Positions 42,372 through 56,420 of a stretch of 64,000 nucleotides of DNA are shown piece after piece. The stretch lies in NCBI RefSeq assembly GCF_009914755.1, contig NC_060930.1. One strand, given 5' to 3'. The position numbers and the translations under genes are program-made. Numbering within the stretch: the first letter of the stretch is position 1; each line of letters opens with the position of its first letter. Under the pieces are notes generated by a model. It was given only the letters and a program-made list of their open reading frames with translations, ran no database searches and was not told the DNA's origin. This DNA comes from the human T2T-CHM13v2.0 reference genome, Homo sapiens.

Positions 42372-45300
42372 TCTGCCCATTCAGGTTCTACTGGTCTTAG
42401 GTGCTCTGGGTCACACAAATATGTGTCCTGCAATTTGTAGTTTTTCTTTCTCTTCAATTTTCCCTAAATTTGTAGTTTTTGAATTGTGTGTGTTTGTTTT
42501 TGTTTGTGTTTCTCTGTATGGTTTGCTAAAGAGGAAGAAGGATGATTCAGAGCTAAGATGCTGCCATGATCCTACTGGAAGATGCTCCTGAAAATTATGA
42601 TTGAGATGACAATTAATCATCTTCCCTTTAGGTCAGTTTGTGCTCTGTGTCAGGAGGAATAGTTAAGACACTCCCTTCTCCCACATATCTCTTCCCCTCA
42701 TCAGTTTCAATAGAATCTTTTAGTAATAATAATTGTTTAACTACTTATTATTTAATAATAAATATAATAATACAATAAAATAAGTATTATAATTTCACCT
42801 TATAACTTGTCATTTTAGGGAAATTTATAATTTCTTAGTTCAACATGTAAAGAGTTGAATCCACCATTATTAATAAGTGATTTTAAAGTGTAGGCTCCAA
42901 TGTAAAAGCAGGTTGGCCTTTTATTGTATTAATAGTTATGGAATCATTTTTTTAATTGTATTTAATCAGGACATCCCTATTTTTCTTAACAAGTCTTTAA
43001 ACAGCAGGAGCTAGTACAATATTCCAGAAAGTATATTGAAGGTGATTTTATATCATGTGTAACAATAAAAATCTAAGTTATATGACCTTAAGGAATACAT
43101 GAACTACTTTATGACCAATTTTATTTTATTATCACTTCAGCTGTTACATTCTAAGCAGATATAGAAAAGGAAATGCCTGAATTGCACAAGGCTGCAAAAT
43201 AACATCAGGAATTAGGTAGACTGTAGTGGAACATATAATTTTAAGGCCCAGGAAAAGAAGAAAGTGTTTTACAATGCTATGGGCTGGTTGCTTCTTTGTA
43301 TAGTCACTATGAAGGGATTCACAAGAATATTTTGCCTGCCACACTGAGAAGAAAATTGATCAGAGGGTATTTAACCATCAAGTAGTAAAGAGGAATGGTT
43401 GTATTTGTTTTTAGTGATTAAAATTGAACTTTCCTCTGCTCAATGTATTCTGTAATTTAAATTTTCAAAAAGCTTCAAAATAAACCTGGAAAAAATTAGT
43501 CATCACATAGCTTGTGATTAAATTTAATTCCTATCAGAAGACTGGCAGGTACTTCAAAATAACTGTAGTGATAGAATAATGACTGACTTTTTCCCACGAG
43601 ACAAAACTAATTTATACTCCACTGAAACCTAAAGTATTCACATAGTATGATGTCAGTCTTATGCCTTCAAGTTTTCTCCAGAGTGTGACTTCAATTTTAG
43701 ATAGCTGTTCTTTGATAATGCACTTTTTACAACGTTCTTTGCTTGGAGACAAGTGATACTTCCCTGCCGTTGGATTCTTACACTTTACATAGGGAAAATT
43801 CACATTTCTGAGTGGAATTAGCTGCCCCTGCCTGGTCTGTTTCTCTCTCCTGAGCCATCATGACTACCTTGGATTCTAGGAAGAAACACCTAGATTAATG
43901 CCACCTGGATTTTCTTTAAAATGAGTCAGACTCTGCCTTCATTGTCTGTGTACAAAGACCACTGGCATGTATCTGCAGCTTTTTGTTTCTTTGCAGGAAA
44001 TACAGGGAAAATGAGGAATAGAGGAAGAAAGCTTAGAAGGGATATTGTTTATCCCATCCCATTCTTCCACCAATACAAGCAACAAATACCCTTAAAAACT
44101 TCAGAAGGACTGCATGCCTATCACAAAACAAGAAAGGAGGGAGAACATTTGAAAATAAAGGGTCTGTTTAATAAATGAAAATACAAAAAAAAAAAGAGTA
44201 GAGAAGAGGACAACTACTAGAAAATAAAACTAACAGAGAATTTTAGTTAGGATGCAGCTACACGGGATAGATGAAAATGAAAACAGTGTTCCGGAAGTCA
44301 AGGTAGGTCTATTTAAAATGTATTTACCAACTTCCCCTTGTTGCCATATTCTCACACATAAATTTGTCCTCTTGGATCTCTGTCTTCTATGAGAACCATC
44401 CTTAAGATCCAGATGGGAAGTGCCAGGTTTTCTGTAATGAAGGAGTGGGTCACACAGTTTAATTCAGATCATTAAAACCCAAGAATATTGCCCAGAAATA
44501 ATTAGCCTCCTAGCCTCACCTATTCCTTACATTCATTTGCATCAGTTTCCCAATCTGGCTTGTTCTTTGATTCAGCTCTTTGTCTCTCTTGTTGATCAGT
44601 CTCCCTTCCTCTAGCAGCTGCTCTTCCAGCTATGGTTTTGGTTTGTTGGGCACTGATTCCCAGCCAGAGAGCTACTTGCCTTCTTGATTTCAATATTTTG
44701 CTCTCTAAGCACAGCTTATTGAAAAGCCATCCTGTCTTCAACTTGGCCTGTGAATTTTATCTGGACAACCCTTATCACCAATCCCTAGTGGAAGTCTTTT
44801 TATCAACACTTCATTCAGCTTAGCAATCACTTACCTGCCTAACCAGCCTATGCTTCTAGCTAAGGTTTCAAGAACTGAGTTGTTTTTTTGTTTTGTTTTT
44901 GTTTTTTGTTTTTTTTTTTTTTGGTGAGGGGAGAGGTGTTGTTTTTGTTTTTGCTTTTTAGTGGATTCCCAAGTCCTTTGCCTTGCACTGTCTCCTTTCT
45001 GTCCCCTGCTCTGGCCTCCTTGCAATGCTTCTGTTGTTCAGCCTTAATCCCCCTTTGCCTATCAGCTAATCAGAGATGCTAAAGACCTGGAGCTAAGAAA
45101 ATTTTCACTTTTTCATCCAGAGAAGATGGGATAGGATGACTAGATGGAAACTATGTGGCTAGAATCCCAAATTACAGGCCTGACCATCTTTTCCCATGGA
45201 AACATTATTAGAGGTGTTTTCATAAAATTACAAGTCACATATATTCTAGTAGCTTTTCATAAGTTATCATGGAGCACCCAAGCGATGAGTACAGTATTTC

Positions 45301-45944
45301 TACTGGAAAATATGTTCCATGTTCCCAGAAACTGACTTACAGATGAACATTTGGTAAATACTCTAGTCATAATTTGGGGACTTCAGAAAATACGTAAACA
45401 TAGTTTTGTAACCTATTAACTCTTGAATTAATCCACATTTATCATTAAAAAGTTCAATTAACTTTTTCATTTGAAAGAAAAATCTAGTTGTTTCTGTTTC
45501 ACCAAAATGAAGAACATAGTTATTTATACAGTACCTGTTTAATAACATCCCTATCATTTATTCATTGCAAATTGCTCAGGTTGTATATCACCCTCCAAGG
45601 AGTTCTCATTGCTTAAGTAGATGCATGTTCTTCATTTCTGGCTTAATTTTTCTGTCTGCTTCATTTTTCTCTGTTCTATACCTAGTTTTATCAAATCATC
45701 ATAATGATCTACACAAATATTTAAGGTCAAACAGAGGCCAAGTTTTAAAGTAGCCCTAAGCCAATTTTGTTTTTCAAAGTTGTTTGTTTTCTTAAAAGGG
45801 GATGAAAGGACTACAGAATCATTTATATATAAGAATAACTTGTAGTTTTGGAAATCATCACAAACTCATTTATTTTTATTGGGTCAAGTGTGTAATTAAT
45901 TGAAAGAAAAACTATATTTATAATGTAAATATACTCTGGGAAAA

Positions 45945-46520
45945 TCAGCACCATGGACATCTCTTGTTTTTGCCTGCCCAGCATTCCTCCTTTTTTTGTT
46001 TGACAACAGCATCCTGCTTTCGTTTGTGGATGGAGCCATCCCTCCATCTGGCCCTGAGTGCTCACTTTCATAGTGTCTCATCTGTACCCTCTGACAAAGA
46101 AGAGGTCACCTGACCCAGATGGTCCCATCAGAGTATTCACACCCCTCCTCACAGTGAGCCAAATTGGATAAAAGAGTGTTTTTCACAATATTTTCCCCTT
46201 GGTGCTAGGAAAGACAGAGCCTTCTTTCAATAAGATTTTAAACTATAAAAATAATAAAAGCCACAAATATTTTCCACTTTCTTTCAAAGCCACATTGAGG
46301 AAGATAACTGCAGTAGAAAAGATGAGGCCAAAATCTAAATAGAAGCAGAGCTGAGGAAAAAGAAAGGCAGAGGGGTAAAGAACACAGATGACATTGAACA
46401 TTTGAATCTAGCTGGGCTTGAAGCCAGGCCTGCCAAAGACTTTCTAGTGATTTGGACTAATAAATTCCCACCTTAAGCTAATGAGACTTCCGTCTTAATC
46501 CTGTAACCCATTTGTGTCCT
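45945..46520. mobile_element. Ancient LTR remnant (MLT1/ERVL-like)
   Basis: GGTCACCTGACCCAG, TGAATCTAGCTGGGCTTGAAGCCAG, ACTAATAAATTCCC...CTTAAGCTA. Confidence 0.45.
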
Positions 46521-46699
46521 AATAGACCAGGGTATAAAGAAGAAAAGTGGGATGTCCATTTATTTCAGTGTCTTTTCTCCATTTGAATGTATACTCAACT
46601 GAGGAAATTAATCTTCCCCAATTAGCACTTCACAAGATCCCTAGATCCTTCTTCTTCCTCAAAAAGGAGAAAAGTGCATGGCTAGAGGGCCTTAAGACA

Positions 46700-46915
46700 C
46701 AACAGTGGACAGAGTGGGCACCTCTGTCACTTCCTCTTTCTGTGACTGTGGACAAGTTACTTATTTTTCTAGACCTCAGTTTCCTTGTGTTTACATAGGC
46801 ATCATATTACCCAGTTCATACCCTGTAAGAATTAAACGGCATATTGAATGTAAAGTACAAGATATAAAATACATTAAATAAATAAAATATATTCAATAAA
46901 TCTTAGCTGTTATTA
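46700..46915 (+). mobile_element. MIR SINE
   Basis: TGTGACTGTGGACAAGTTACTT...CCTCAGTTTCCTT...TTCAATAAATCTTAGCTGTTATT. Confidence 0.7.
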
Positions 46916-47224
46916 TAACAGATAGATACAAGGCAATGTGTTACATGATATCATCAAGGTGTGAGCAAAGCACTGGAACCACACAGAGCCCATTCTGTGT
47001 TCTTCCTCTCTTTGCATTGCTCCTCTAAGGCTTGTAAAGCCACTTTCCTCATCATAAATATATGGAGTTTCATGTGCACACTAATCGACCTAATCCAGAA
47101 ATCTTGCCTTGAGACATGCAAAAGCCTGTGATGGGAAAGCTTTAGCCCAGTGAACAGGTTGAATGCTTACTGACAAAGACATTAACTGAGTGATATTAAG
47201 GAGTTAGAAGCATCCCTGAGAAGC

Positions 47225-47425
47225 GGTTGTGTCTCAGTTAAAATCTTTGAAAGTTGATAGATCTGAATTCCATCTCTGCCCTATGTTAACCATAGGATTT
47301 TGGACAGCTTACATAAGGTCATCCAGCCTTACTTTCTGTATTTATGAATATGCATAATGATAATTATCTTAAAATCATTATGAGGCTAAATAAGATAATG
47401 CATACAAAATAGTTAGCATAAGCCC
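47225..47425 (+). mobile_element. MIR SINE
   Basis: GATAGATCTGAATTCCATCTCTGCC...TGAGGCTAAATAAGATAATGCAT. Confidence 0.6.
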
Positions 47426-48655
47426 TGTCCAAGCCAGCCTGTTCATGGTGCTTGTAGGGATAATGGTGTCCTGAGGTCACTGATTGGGTCACAGAAGGTA
47501 GAACACTATTAGCAAGGCAGTATTAAGTTAGTAGGCTGGATTGTAAACGGAAATTCAGGAAATGGTAGATCCCGAGGTACAGCCCATTGTCTGAGGGCTG
47601 CAGATAAGATTGAGGATATTCGGTCCTAGGTATCTGGGGAATTCTTTGACTACAGGGTAGCAGGACAAATTGTGAAAGACTTTGAAAAGAAAAGACTATA
47701 TCAGTTGTTACCAGGTCTACCTCCACTAGTGGGTTATTCATGCTTTTCATTGTCTTTGAGCTATTATACAACTCTGTAAGTTGTAGAAAACTGGTGATAA
47801 TGCAAACGATTCTTGTCCAGGAAAAATGTGTGCTGGTGGAATGCAATTGATTCTATCCCTTTGGATAGAGTCATTTGGCATGATTGTAAATTCATCTAAA
47901 AATTGCTTGCTTGTTCTCTATGTATGTATGGTTCTTGGAATTCTCCTTTGAACTGATTATAACATCGTATTTGTTCCCTTATTGATTAATAGGTTAACTA
48001 AAATGTTTGACAGATGTTCACTCTGTATTCATATGAGAGTAATGACTTTATCTTTTTTTTATAAGAGATTTATCCTTACAATGGGGTTCTCTCAATAGCA
48101 CAGGAAACATCAATTTTTTTTTTCTGATTTTGCATCTAAGCTCACTCCTACTGAGTAATCTCTTTAAATTTAAAGGGACGTTGCTAGTCTCTGATCTTGC
48201 TGCCTCATTGTAAGTATCTTCTGCCAGGAGCATCTGGAAGCTTCAGAAGGGAACTGAGTACTCAGGGATTCAAATCTTAGTCCCCTGCTGCTACCTCATC
48301 TCTATTAACACTCCCTAAGGGAAGGCCCTGCTAATAGAGACCCAGATTCATTTCCGCATTAATTCTTGAAGATGGTCACCTTGGTTAAAGCTATAGCTAA
48401 ACTATTTTGATTAAATCATTTTACAATTTAACAACCATATTTCATTCTGAAAAGCACTGTCATGGGCCTCCAGTAATTTTGAATAGCAAGCCACATCCTT
48501 ATTCAAAATTATTTTTGATTGATAGACAATTAATAAATAAATCTTAGATGTGAATAGATGAGCTGTCATGCTGTCATAGGTTTTCAAAAGACTGATGTGG
48601 AATCTGAAACAGTTTCTATTAGTGAAAGATAACAGGTGAGGATCTCACAAAAAAA

Positions 48656-51600
48656 ATTTTTTTTAATTTTATTTAAAAACTTGTTCAGGGGTAAAAATGC
48701 AGGTTTGTTACTTAGGTAAACTTCTGTCATGGGGGTTTGTTGTACAGATTATGTCATCACCCAGGTATTAAGCCTAGAACCCATTATTTTTCCTGATCCT
48801 CTCCTTCTCCCACCCTCCACCCTCTGAAAGGCCCCAGGGTGTGTTGTTCCCCTATATGAGTCCATATGTTCTCATCATTTAGCTCCCACTTATAAATGAA
48901 AACATGCAGTGTTTGGTTTCCTGTTTCTGTGTTAGTTTGCTAAAGATAATGGCCTCTGGCTCCATCGATATCGCTGTAAACAATATGATCTTGTTCTTTT
49001 TTATGACTGCATCATAGTATTCTATGCTGTATATATACCACACTTTCTTTATCCAGTCTATCATTGATGGGCAGTTAGGTTGTTTCCCTGTCTTTGCTAT
49101 TGTGAATAGAGCTACAATGAACATACACGTGCATGTGTCTTTATAATAGAATGATTTATATTCTTATGGGTATACACCCAGTAATGGGATTGCTGGGTCA
49201 TATGGTATTTCCAGTTCTAGATACTTGAGAAGTCGCCACACTATCTTCCACAATGGCTGAACTAATTTACACTCCCAGCAGTGTAGAAGTGTTCCTTTTT
49301 CTAAACAGCCCTGCCAGCATCTGTGGTTTTTTGACTTTTTAGTAATAGCCATTCCGACTTGTGTGAGGTCATATCTCATTGTGGTTTTGATTTGCATTTC
49401 TCTTACGATCGGTGATGTTGAGATTTTTTTCATATGATTGTTGGCCATATGAATGTCTTCTTTTGAGAAGTCTATTTAAGTCCTTTGCCCACTTTTTTAT
49501 AGGGTTGTTTTATTCTTATAAATTTAAGTTCCTTATAGATACTGAATATTAGACCTTTGTTGGATGCATACTTTGCAAAAATTTTCTCCCATTCTGTAGG
49601 TTGTCTGTTTACTCTGTTGATAGTTTCTACTATTGTGCAGAAGCTTTTCAGTTTAATTTGATCCCATTTGTCATCATTTAGCTCTTTGCTGGGAATCTGC
49701 TCCTCCATTCCCTAGTCATCTCAGATTTACCAGTACCTGGAGATATCACCAGTGAAGGCTAAGAAACAGCAAAGATAGCTGCCTGCCACTTCCTCTGGGA
49801 CCTCCATCCCAAGGAGACACAGACCTGTTGCCAGCCTGAACTCACCTGTAGGAGGTGGCTGGTGACCCTGCATGGGAGGTCTTCTCCAGTCAGTAGGAAT
49901 GAGATCAGGAACTCGCTTAAAAAAGTAGCTTGGCCACATTTATGTAGAGCAGCTGTGCTATGCTGAGGGTCCACTTTAGCCCCTGGTAACCTCGGACACT
50001 GAAGCCCAAAGGCTAGAATGGCTAAGTCACCCAAACAGCAAAGATGGAGGCCTTCCTGTCCACCTGGGAGCTCTATCCAGGGAGGCCTGAAACCTCTGTC
50101 AGCTGGAGACTGGTTATTGTAGTCAGAGACCCTGGTAGGAATGCTTCACCCAATGATGAGGAACAGGGTCAGGGACCCACTTTAAAAAGCAGTCTGGCCA
50201 CATTTTCATGGGGCTGCTGTGCTGTTCTAGAGTACCACTTCCACCCTCTGTTGGCTTGCACTCTTCACAGCCCAAAGGCGGGAATTGTTAAGATGCCCAA
50301 ACAGCAAAGATGGTGGTCTGCCCCTCCCTCCGGGATTTCTGTCCCAGCGAGTTTCCAAATTTCTGTAGGCCAGAGAAAACCAGTGGGAGTGGCTGTAGGC
50401 CCTGGTTGGAAAGTTCTACCCAGTGAAGAGGAACGGGTTCAGGAACCTGCTTAAAGAAAAGTGTGCCATGCTTTCATAGAGCAGCTGTGCTGTGCGGGGG
50501 TACTGCTTCCACCCCCAGTTAGCTTGAGCTCTCCAGAGCTTGGAGGCTGGAACAGCTAAGTCGCCCAAACAGCCAAGATAGTGGCTCACCCCTCCCTCTG
50601 GGAGCTCTGTCTCCAGGACTTTTCAAATCTCTGTTGGCCAGAGAACACCATGAGGGGTGGCTGGAGGCCTCAGATGGGAGGCCACACCCATTGAGGAGAA
50701 ATGGAATCAGAGACCTGGTTAAAGAAGTAGCCTGGCTATGCTTTAATAGAGTACCTGTGCTGTGCTGGGGTATTGCTTCTGCCTCCAAAGGCTTGGGCTC
50801 TCCAAAGCCTTCAAGCAGGAACAGCTAGGTTACACAAACAGCTAAGTTACCCAAACAGTCAAGCTGGCAGCCCACTCCTCCCTCTGGGAGCTCTGACCCC
50901 TGGACTTTATAAATCTCTGTTGGCCAGAGAATGCCTCCAGCAAGGGTGGCTGGAGGCCTTGGTTGAAAGGTCTGTCCCAGTGAGGAGGAACACATTGAGA
51001 ACCTGCTTAAAGAAGCAGCCTGGCCACGTTTTGGTGGAGCAGCTGTATTGTGCTAGGAGATCCCTTCCACCCCTGGTTAAACACTCCAAAGCCTGCAAGC
51101 TGGAACAGGTAAGTTGCCCAAACAGCAAAGACGGTGGCCCACCCCTCCTGCTCAGGAGCTCCATCCCAGGGAGGCACAACACTACTACAAGTGACTGGCT
51201 GGAATGCCAAGCCAGTGGGTCTTATCCTGTGAGGCATCATGGAAATGGGGCCTGCAGACCATTGCTGCTTAGTTCCCTGGATTTAGCCTCCTTCCTAGGG
51301 GTAAATATGGGGGTCTAAATTCCCGCTTTGCTGGAGTTGCAGTTACTTTTGCCTGGACGCCCAGAAAGTCAGAGTATCTACAGCTCCCAGGTCTCTATGT
51401 GTGCCTGAGAGGCTGCTCTGCTAACACCCCACGTAGCTCTGTGTGTCAGACTGAAGACTCTAGTGGAATGGGTTCACAAGGGGATCTTCTGACCTGAAGG
51501 TTGCAAAGATCTGTGGGAGAAGCGTGGTTTCCCAGGGTTACACATTCACTCACTGCTTGCCCAAGTTGGGGAGGTTCCCTTGGCTCTGTGTCACTCCCAG

Positions 51601-51780
51601 CTGGGCCATCGCCCTGCCTTGCTTTTCTTGGTTCTCCATGGGTTGAGTTCTTTCCTTGATTAGTCCCAATGCAAATACCTGGATGTTTCTGTTGAAGGTG
51701 CTGAATTTCTTGCCCTTCTGTCCCTCTCCCTGAGAGCCACACATCTAAGCTGCTTCTAGTTGGCCATCTTGGCCACTCCC
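48656..51780 (-). mobile_element. Old primate L1 (L1PREC2 / L1PA13-16-like): 2.1-kb 5' UTR fused directly to the last ~1 kb of ORF2 and 3' UTR
   Basis: 5' end GGGGAGTGGCCAAGATGGCCAACTAGAAGCAGC; ORF2 C-terminal peptides [34 protein letters not shown]; junction about 49685; degenerate TSD CACAAAA..TTTTT. Confidence 0.88.
49740..51180. repeat. ~268-bp tandem units inside the L1 5' UTR (about 5.5 copies)
   Basis: Anchor AAACAGCAAAGATGG-like motif at 49764, 50033, 50299, 50567, 50853, 51120. Confidence 0.88.
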
Positions 51781-52057
51781 CACAAAATACTTTTTAAAAG
51801 CAAAGAGAAACAAAAATAAAAAGTAATGTGTTATTGAGTTTATACTCCAATGTATACATTTCACAAGTAGTGTCCTATTAATAGTAAAAATACTGGTGAA
51901 TCACCTTCTAAATCCATGAACAGTATTTTAAGAATCCTTAAACTTAATACACATTTGGAGTCAGCTATTGTCTGACTTAAGGAGGACTGCTTGCTCTACC
52001 ACAAGAAATAGGCAACGGGATGCTGCCTCACACAGGAAAAGAAAGATTGACTCTGCC

Positions 52058-52442
52058 TGATATGGTTTGGCTCTGTACGCACACAAATCTCATGTCAATT
52101 TGTAATCCCCATGTGTCAGGGGAGGGGCCTGGTGGGAGGTGATTGGATCATGGGGGTAGTCTTCCTCCTTGCTGTTCTCATGATAGTGAATGAGTTCTCA
52201 TGAGATCTGGTTGTTTAAAAGTGTGTGGCACTTCCCCCTTTGCTCTCTCTCTCTCCTGCTCTGCCATGTGAATATGTGCTTATTTCCCCTTCGCCCTTCT
52301 GCCATGATTGTAAGTTTCCTGAGGCTTCACAGCCATGCTTCCTGTGCAGCCTGAGGGACTGTGAATCAATTAAACCTCTTTTCTTCATAAATTACCCAGT
52401 CTCAGATAGTTCTTTATGGCAGTGTGAGAATGGACTAACACA
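52058..52442 (+). mobile_element. MaLR solo LTR (THE1D/MSTA-like)
   Basis: TGATATGGTTTGGCTCTG...GAATGGACTAACACA; perfect TSD CTGCC. Confidence 0.92.
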
Positions 52443-54899
52443 CTGCCTCTAAGTCTTTGGCCTGCTTTTTTTCCTTGACAGGAAAACAAAAACAAACAAA
52501 AATTACTGAACAAGGCATTTAATGAGCACTGTACATTCTTACCCAATCTGATAGCAGGATTTTGTGTTTAGACCCCATCATATAGTCAAGCTAAGGTGAA
52601 GATATTCTAAGTTTGAGGAAGTCAACCAAATGGTTATGTCCTGATGGTCACGTGAGAGCCAGAGTTGAACTGAGGAGAGACCGTGGAATGTTTGAAACAT
52701 CAGCAGCTAAGGAGACCATAAAGTAAAATTAGAGTCTTTTGCAATTTTTTCTAGTTTTGACTCATTGTCTTTGGGACATGAGGTCTACCTTTTGTGTTTT
52801 ATAGTTCACTTACATTTTCCTGGTAGCCCCAGGGCTGATTTCAGGCAATTCTAGTGATTAGCAATTTCTTTCTTTCACCTTTGACCTATCTTTCTCCTTC
52901 CTGTTAAATAATAGAAAATACAATCTACCTACTACTAGGTGATGCTAAGTCTCCCTGCACATAAGTCTAATTTATTTCATTGGAAATAATTTCTTTTATC
53001 TGACAAGTGTTCTGGACTATGAAATAAGTGCATATTATTATACTTGCTAAACTTCATGCTAATTTTTCTGCATCGGGACTTTTCCATAAATGGTCAAGTC
53101 CTGATAAAGTGGGGGTATTTTGGCTTATCTCTGCAAAATTTGCTTTACAATTTACTGGCAAGTGGCACCTCTCCTCATTATCTTAATTTTAATACTGAAG
53201 ACTCTGTTTGTCCTCTATTTGTCTTATGCAGTTTTCAGTCCAGCTGAAATGCCCTCTGAAATTCAAACACTTCGCTATGGATTTTTATTAGAGTCATTTT
53301 GCAGGTTGAGGCTTTGAATTAGTTATGTCCAATGCTCTTTTTTCTTAGCACTGAGTCAGTTAATAAAACTGGTCAAGATTTTGACCTTTGCTATTGATCT
53401 TCATTCTCTGATTGAAACCATTTCCCATATTAGATATATCCATATTCAATTTTATGATAGAAACAAACTGCCAAATTGAATAGACTGTAAAAAAAAGATG
53501 AAACCAAAATAGTGGCTCATTGTGGGACTCTGTAGACAATAACCAGAACTAAACTTAATGAAGCAGATTAATTATCAAGAGAAAGAATAGACTACATTGT
53601 GGAAGATCATTCATTGTCCTCCTGGACATGCCATCACTGAGACAGAGATGAAGAGTCAGAGCACTTGAGAAAGGTGGGGATCTGGGGCAGGGATCTTCCT
53701 GTGAATGATGAGTGAAGAATGATGGATCAGACACATAAATGGTGAGTGAAGGAGGAAAGGTTTAATGAGTTTTTATTTCACCATTATTCTAGTCATTACA
53801 ACTCCTCTCTAGACCTACCAAGAGGTCTGCTATGAATTGACAATGAGGGTGGAAGGAGTTTCCTAAAAGTGATGGGCTGGGGAGAAGACAGGCATACAGG
53901 AAAGGGAAAGCCCATGTGGCAGAACTCAAGGAAAGAGGTTTCAATCTGGGCTGAGAAGGTCTCTCCTACATAAGAAATGTATGTCAGTGGAGAGATCTAA
54001 AAATAATCTTAATTTTTATGACACACTATTTTGAATTATCCATTAGTGCCTTTCCAATAATAAAAGGCTGATTGCAAAATTCAAGAAAGGGAGTTTTTTA
54101 AATATTTAAATGCACTGAATGGCAGGATTTATGTAAATCTGGGTTCTTACATTGCAGAATATAACTTAAAAGACAACTTGTTGTTTAAAATGTGTGACTA
54201 AGTAAATACTGTATGTGAAGTTTTCTTTTTTAATCAAGTTACTTAACATGTTAGAATACTTTTTTGTTCTTCTTTTTAAACTCACCTTTTAATATAGCTG
54301 GGTCCTAGTAGATCTTGCAAACCATTAGAAAGCTGACCTCACACTGTCTTGGAACAGGAGGAAGCACAGAGGTTTTGAGTGCTAACCTTTAACATTAGTC
54401 AGGGATGATTTGAGCAGAGACAAAGTGTTACATCTGAAATCCTGCTCACAATTCTGCTATGGGCAAGAATGAAGGTGACATGGGAAATGGTCTTGTGTCA
54501 GCCACACATTTTGAAGTTCTACTGACATACCCTATTAAAAAGGAAAAGGAGTTTATTTTTTAACACTGAAATTTGTCAGATTTTGCAGTATTTTTGATTG
54601 AAGACTTTAGCATCTAACAAAAACTATACTTTTCAATTACCTATGAGAAATGAAACGTAACAATTTCCCCCTGAAGAAGTGAATTTAACCAAACTTATGA
54701 ACATTTTCCACACCTAAGTATCTGAGATGTAGGGATTGATTTTCTTAAATAATAACTTTAATTTTTATTATGGTAGCCCCAGCTCTTATGTCTCAATTCT
54801 AAACAAGCTGCAGATCAATTCTTTTCTAACTGTAAATTGAAAGTTATCCTCTCTTTCCCTCCCCAAATTAATAACAAATATTAATAAGAAGTTAATTTT

Positions 54900-55190
54900 G
54901 GTTGGGCGCAATGGCTCATGACTGTAATCCCAGAACTCTGGGGTGCCAAGGTGGGATGATCACTTGAGACCAGGAGTTTAAGAACAGTCTGAGCAAAATA
55001 CAGAAACCCAGACTCTATAAAATATAAAAAATTAGTCAGACATGGTGGCACACACCTGTAGTCCCAGCTACTCAGAAGGCTAAGGCAGGAAGATCACCTG
55101 AGCCAGCGAGGCAGAGGCTGCAGTGAACCATGATCATACCACTTCACTCCAGCCTAGGTGACACAGCAAGACCCCATCTTAATGAGAAAA
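54900..55190 (+). mobile_element. AluJ SINE
   Basis: Diverged dimer; AAGTTAATTTT on both sides. Confidence 0.88.
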
Positions 55191-55222
55191 TAAGTTAATT
55201 TCCTTAAATATTAATATACTTT

Positions 55223-55605
55223 TGATATTTTTGCCTCCGAATCTCATGTTGAGCTGTGATCCCCAAGGTTTGAGGTGAGGCCAAGTGGGTGTTTGGATCA
55301 TGGGGGCAGATTCCTCATGAATGGCTTGGTGCCTTTCCCACAGCAATGAGTACACACAATATTTGGTTGTTCAAGAGTCTGTGACCTCCCTGCTCTCTCT
55401 CTTGCTCCCTGTCTCACCATGTGACACACCTGTTCCTCCTTCAACTTCCACCATGAGTAAAAGCTTCCTGAACACTCACCAGAAGCTGAGAAGATGGTGC
55501 CATGCTTGTACAGCCTGCAGAACCATGAGCCAATTAAACCCCTTTTCTTTATAAATTACCCAATCTAAGGTATTCCTTTATAGCAATGCAAAATGGACTA
55601 ATACA
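55223..55605 (+). mobile_element. MST-type MaLR solo LTR
   Basis: GAATCTCATGTTGA...CAGCCTGCAGAACCATGAGCCAATTAAACC...GGACTAATACA; flanks ACTTT/AATTT. Confidence 0.87.
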
Positions 55606-55938
55606 AATTTCTTGTATGCAGGAATGTTATAGAAGAATCTTAAAATCATCTTTTTAGAAAAATTCCTTAAAGTACTTTACACAAATTATCAACTTTGATT
55701 TGTGAGTTGAAGGAAACTTTAGGTATTGGCTGTGTTCAATCTTTGTATCTTAACATGATAAAACCAAGATTCAGAAACAGAGTCAGGACACTAACCCTTT
55801 CTCTTGGCTTTTACACAAGTATTTCTTCAATTGTATTATGCCTCCCATGGAAATATTGCTCAATTGCATTCTAAGTTATAGGTTTTTGAGTTGTAGCAGT
55901 TTTATCACAATGTAGCTAGATGGATCATGGAAAGAGTA

Positions 55939-56420
55939 AATCTTTCAGCTTGCCTAGTACATGTGAATAGAAGTGATCATTGAAGCCCAAGAATAAAAGT
56001 GAGTATTAAAGATAGAAAGTAACTCTAGAAGGAAAAGCCTTGGACAGATCCTAGGGGGATACTTATATTAGGGGGCAGAAGAAACAAAAGAGCCTGTGAA
56101 CAAGATAAGGAAGATGCCTTTAGAGCTTAGGAAAAGAACCAGTGACACAATGGAGGTTGGAAGTCAGATTGAAAAGTGGGGGCCATTAGAGAAGAGAAGA
56201 GAGAAAAGCAAGTATTGAAGAGAATTTAGAAGAGAAAAGAAGGGGAAAAAGGGAGGGGAGAAAGGGAAAGACGCAAGAGTAGCTCAAGTAGTAGCGTTAA
56301 GAAAACATTTAAAGATACAGGGAACTCGAATATTTGTGTATGTGTGAAAAATAGATGGCAAATGCAAAATAACAATAAAGAAAAGAGATTACTGATGACA
56401 CGACGTCCAAGAGGAGGAAG
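55939..56420 (+). repeat. Inverted repeat, left arm (~480 bp)
   Basis: Reverse complement of 57062-57534, about 90% identical by eye; mirrored ORF-track peptides (56226-56432 vs 57104-57346). Confidence 0.95.

Noticed and set aside
49727-51318. Cluster of mutually similar ORFs suggesting a repeat-protein gene family
   Set aside because: Similarity comes from the ~268-bp tandem units in the L1 5' UTR; frames are not conserved between units.
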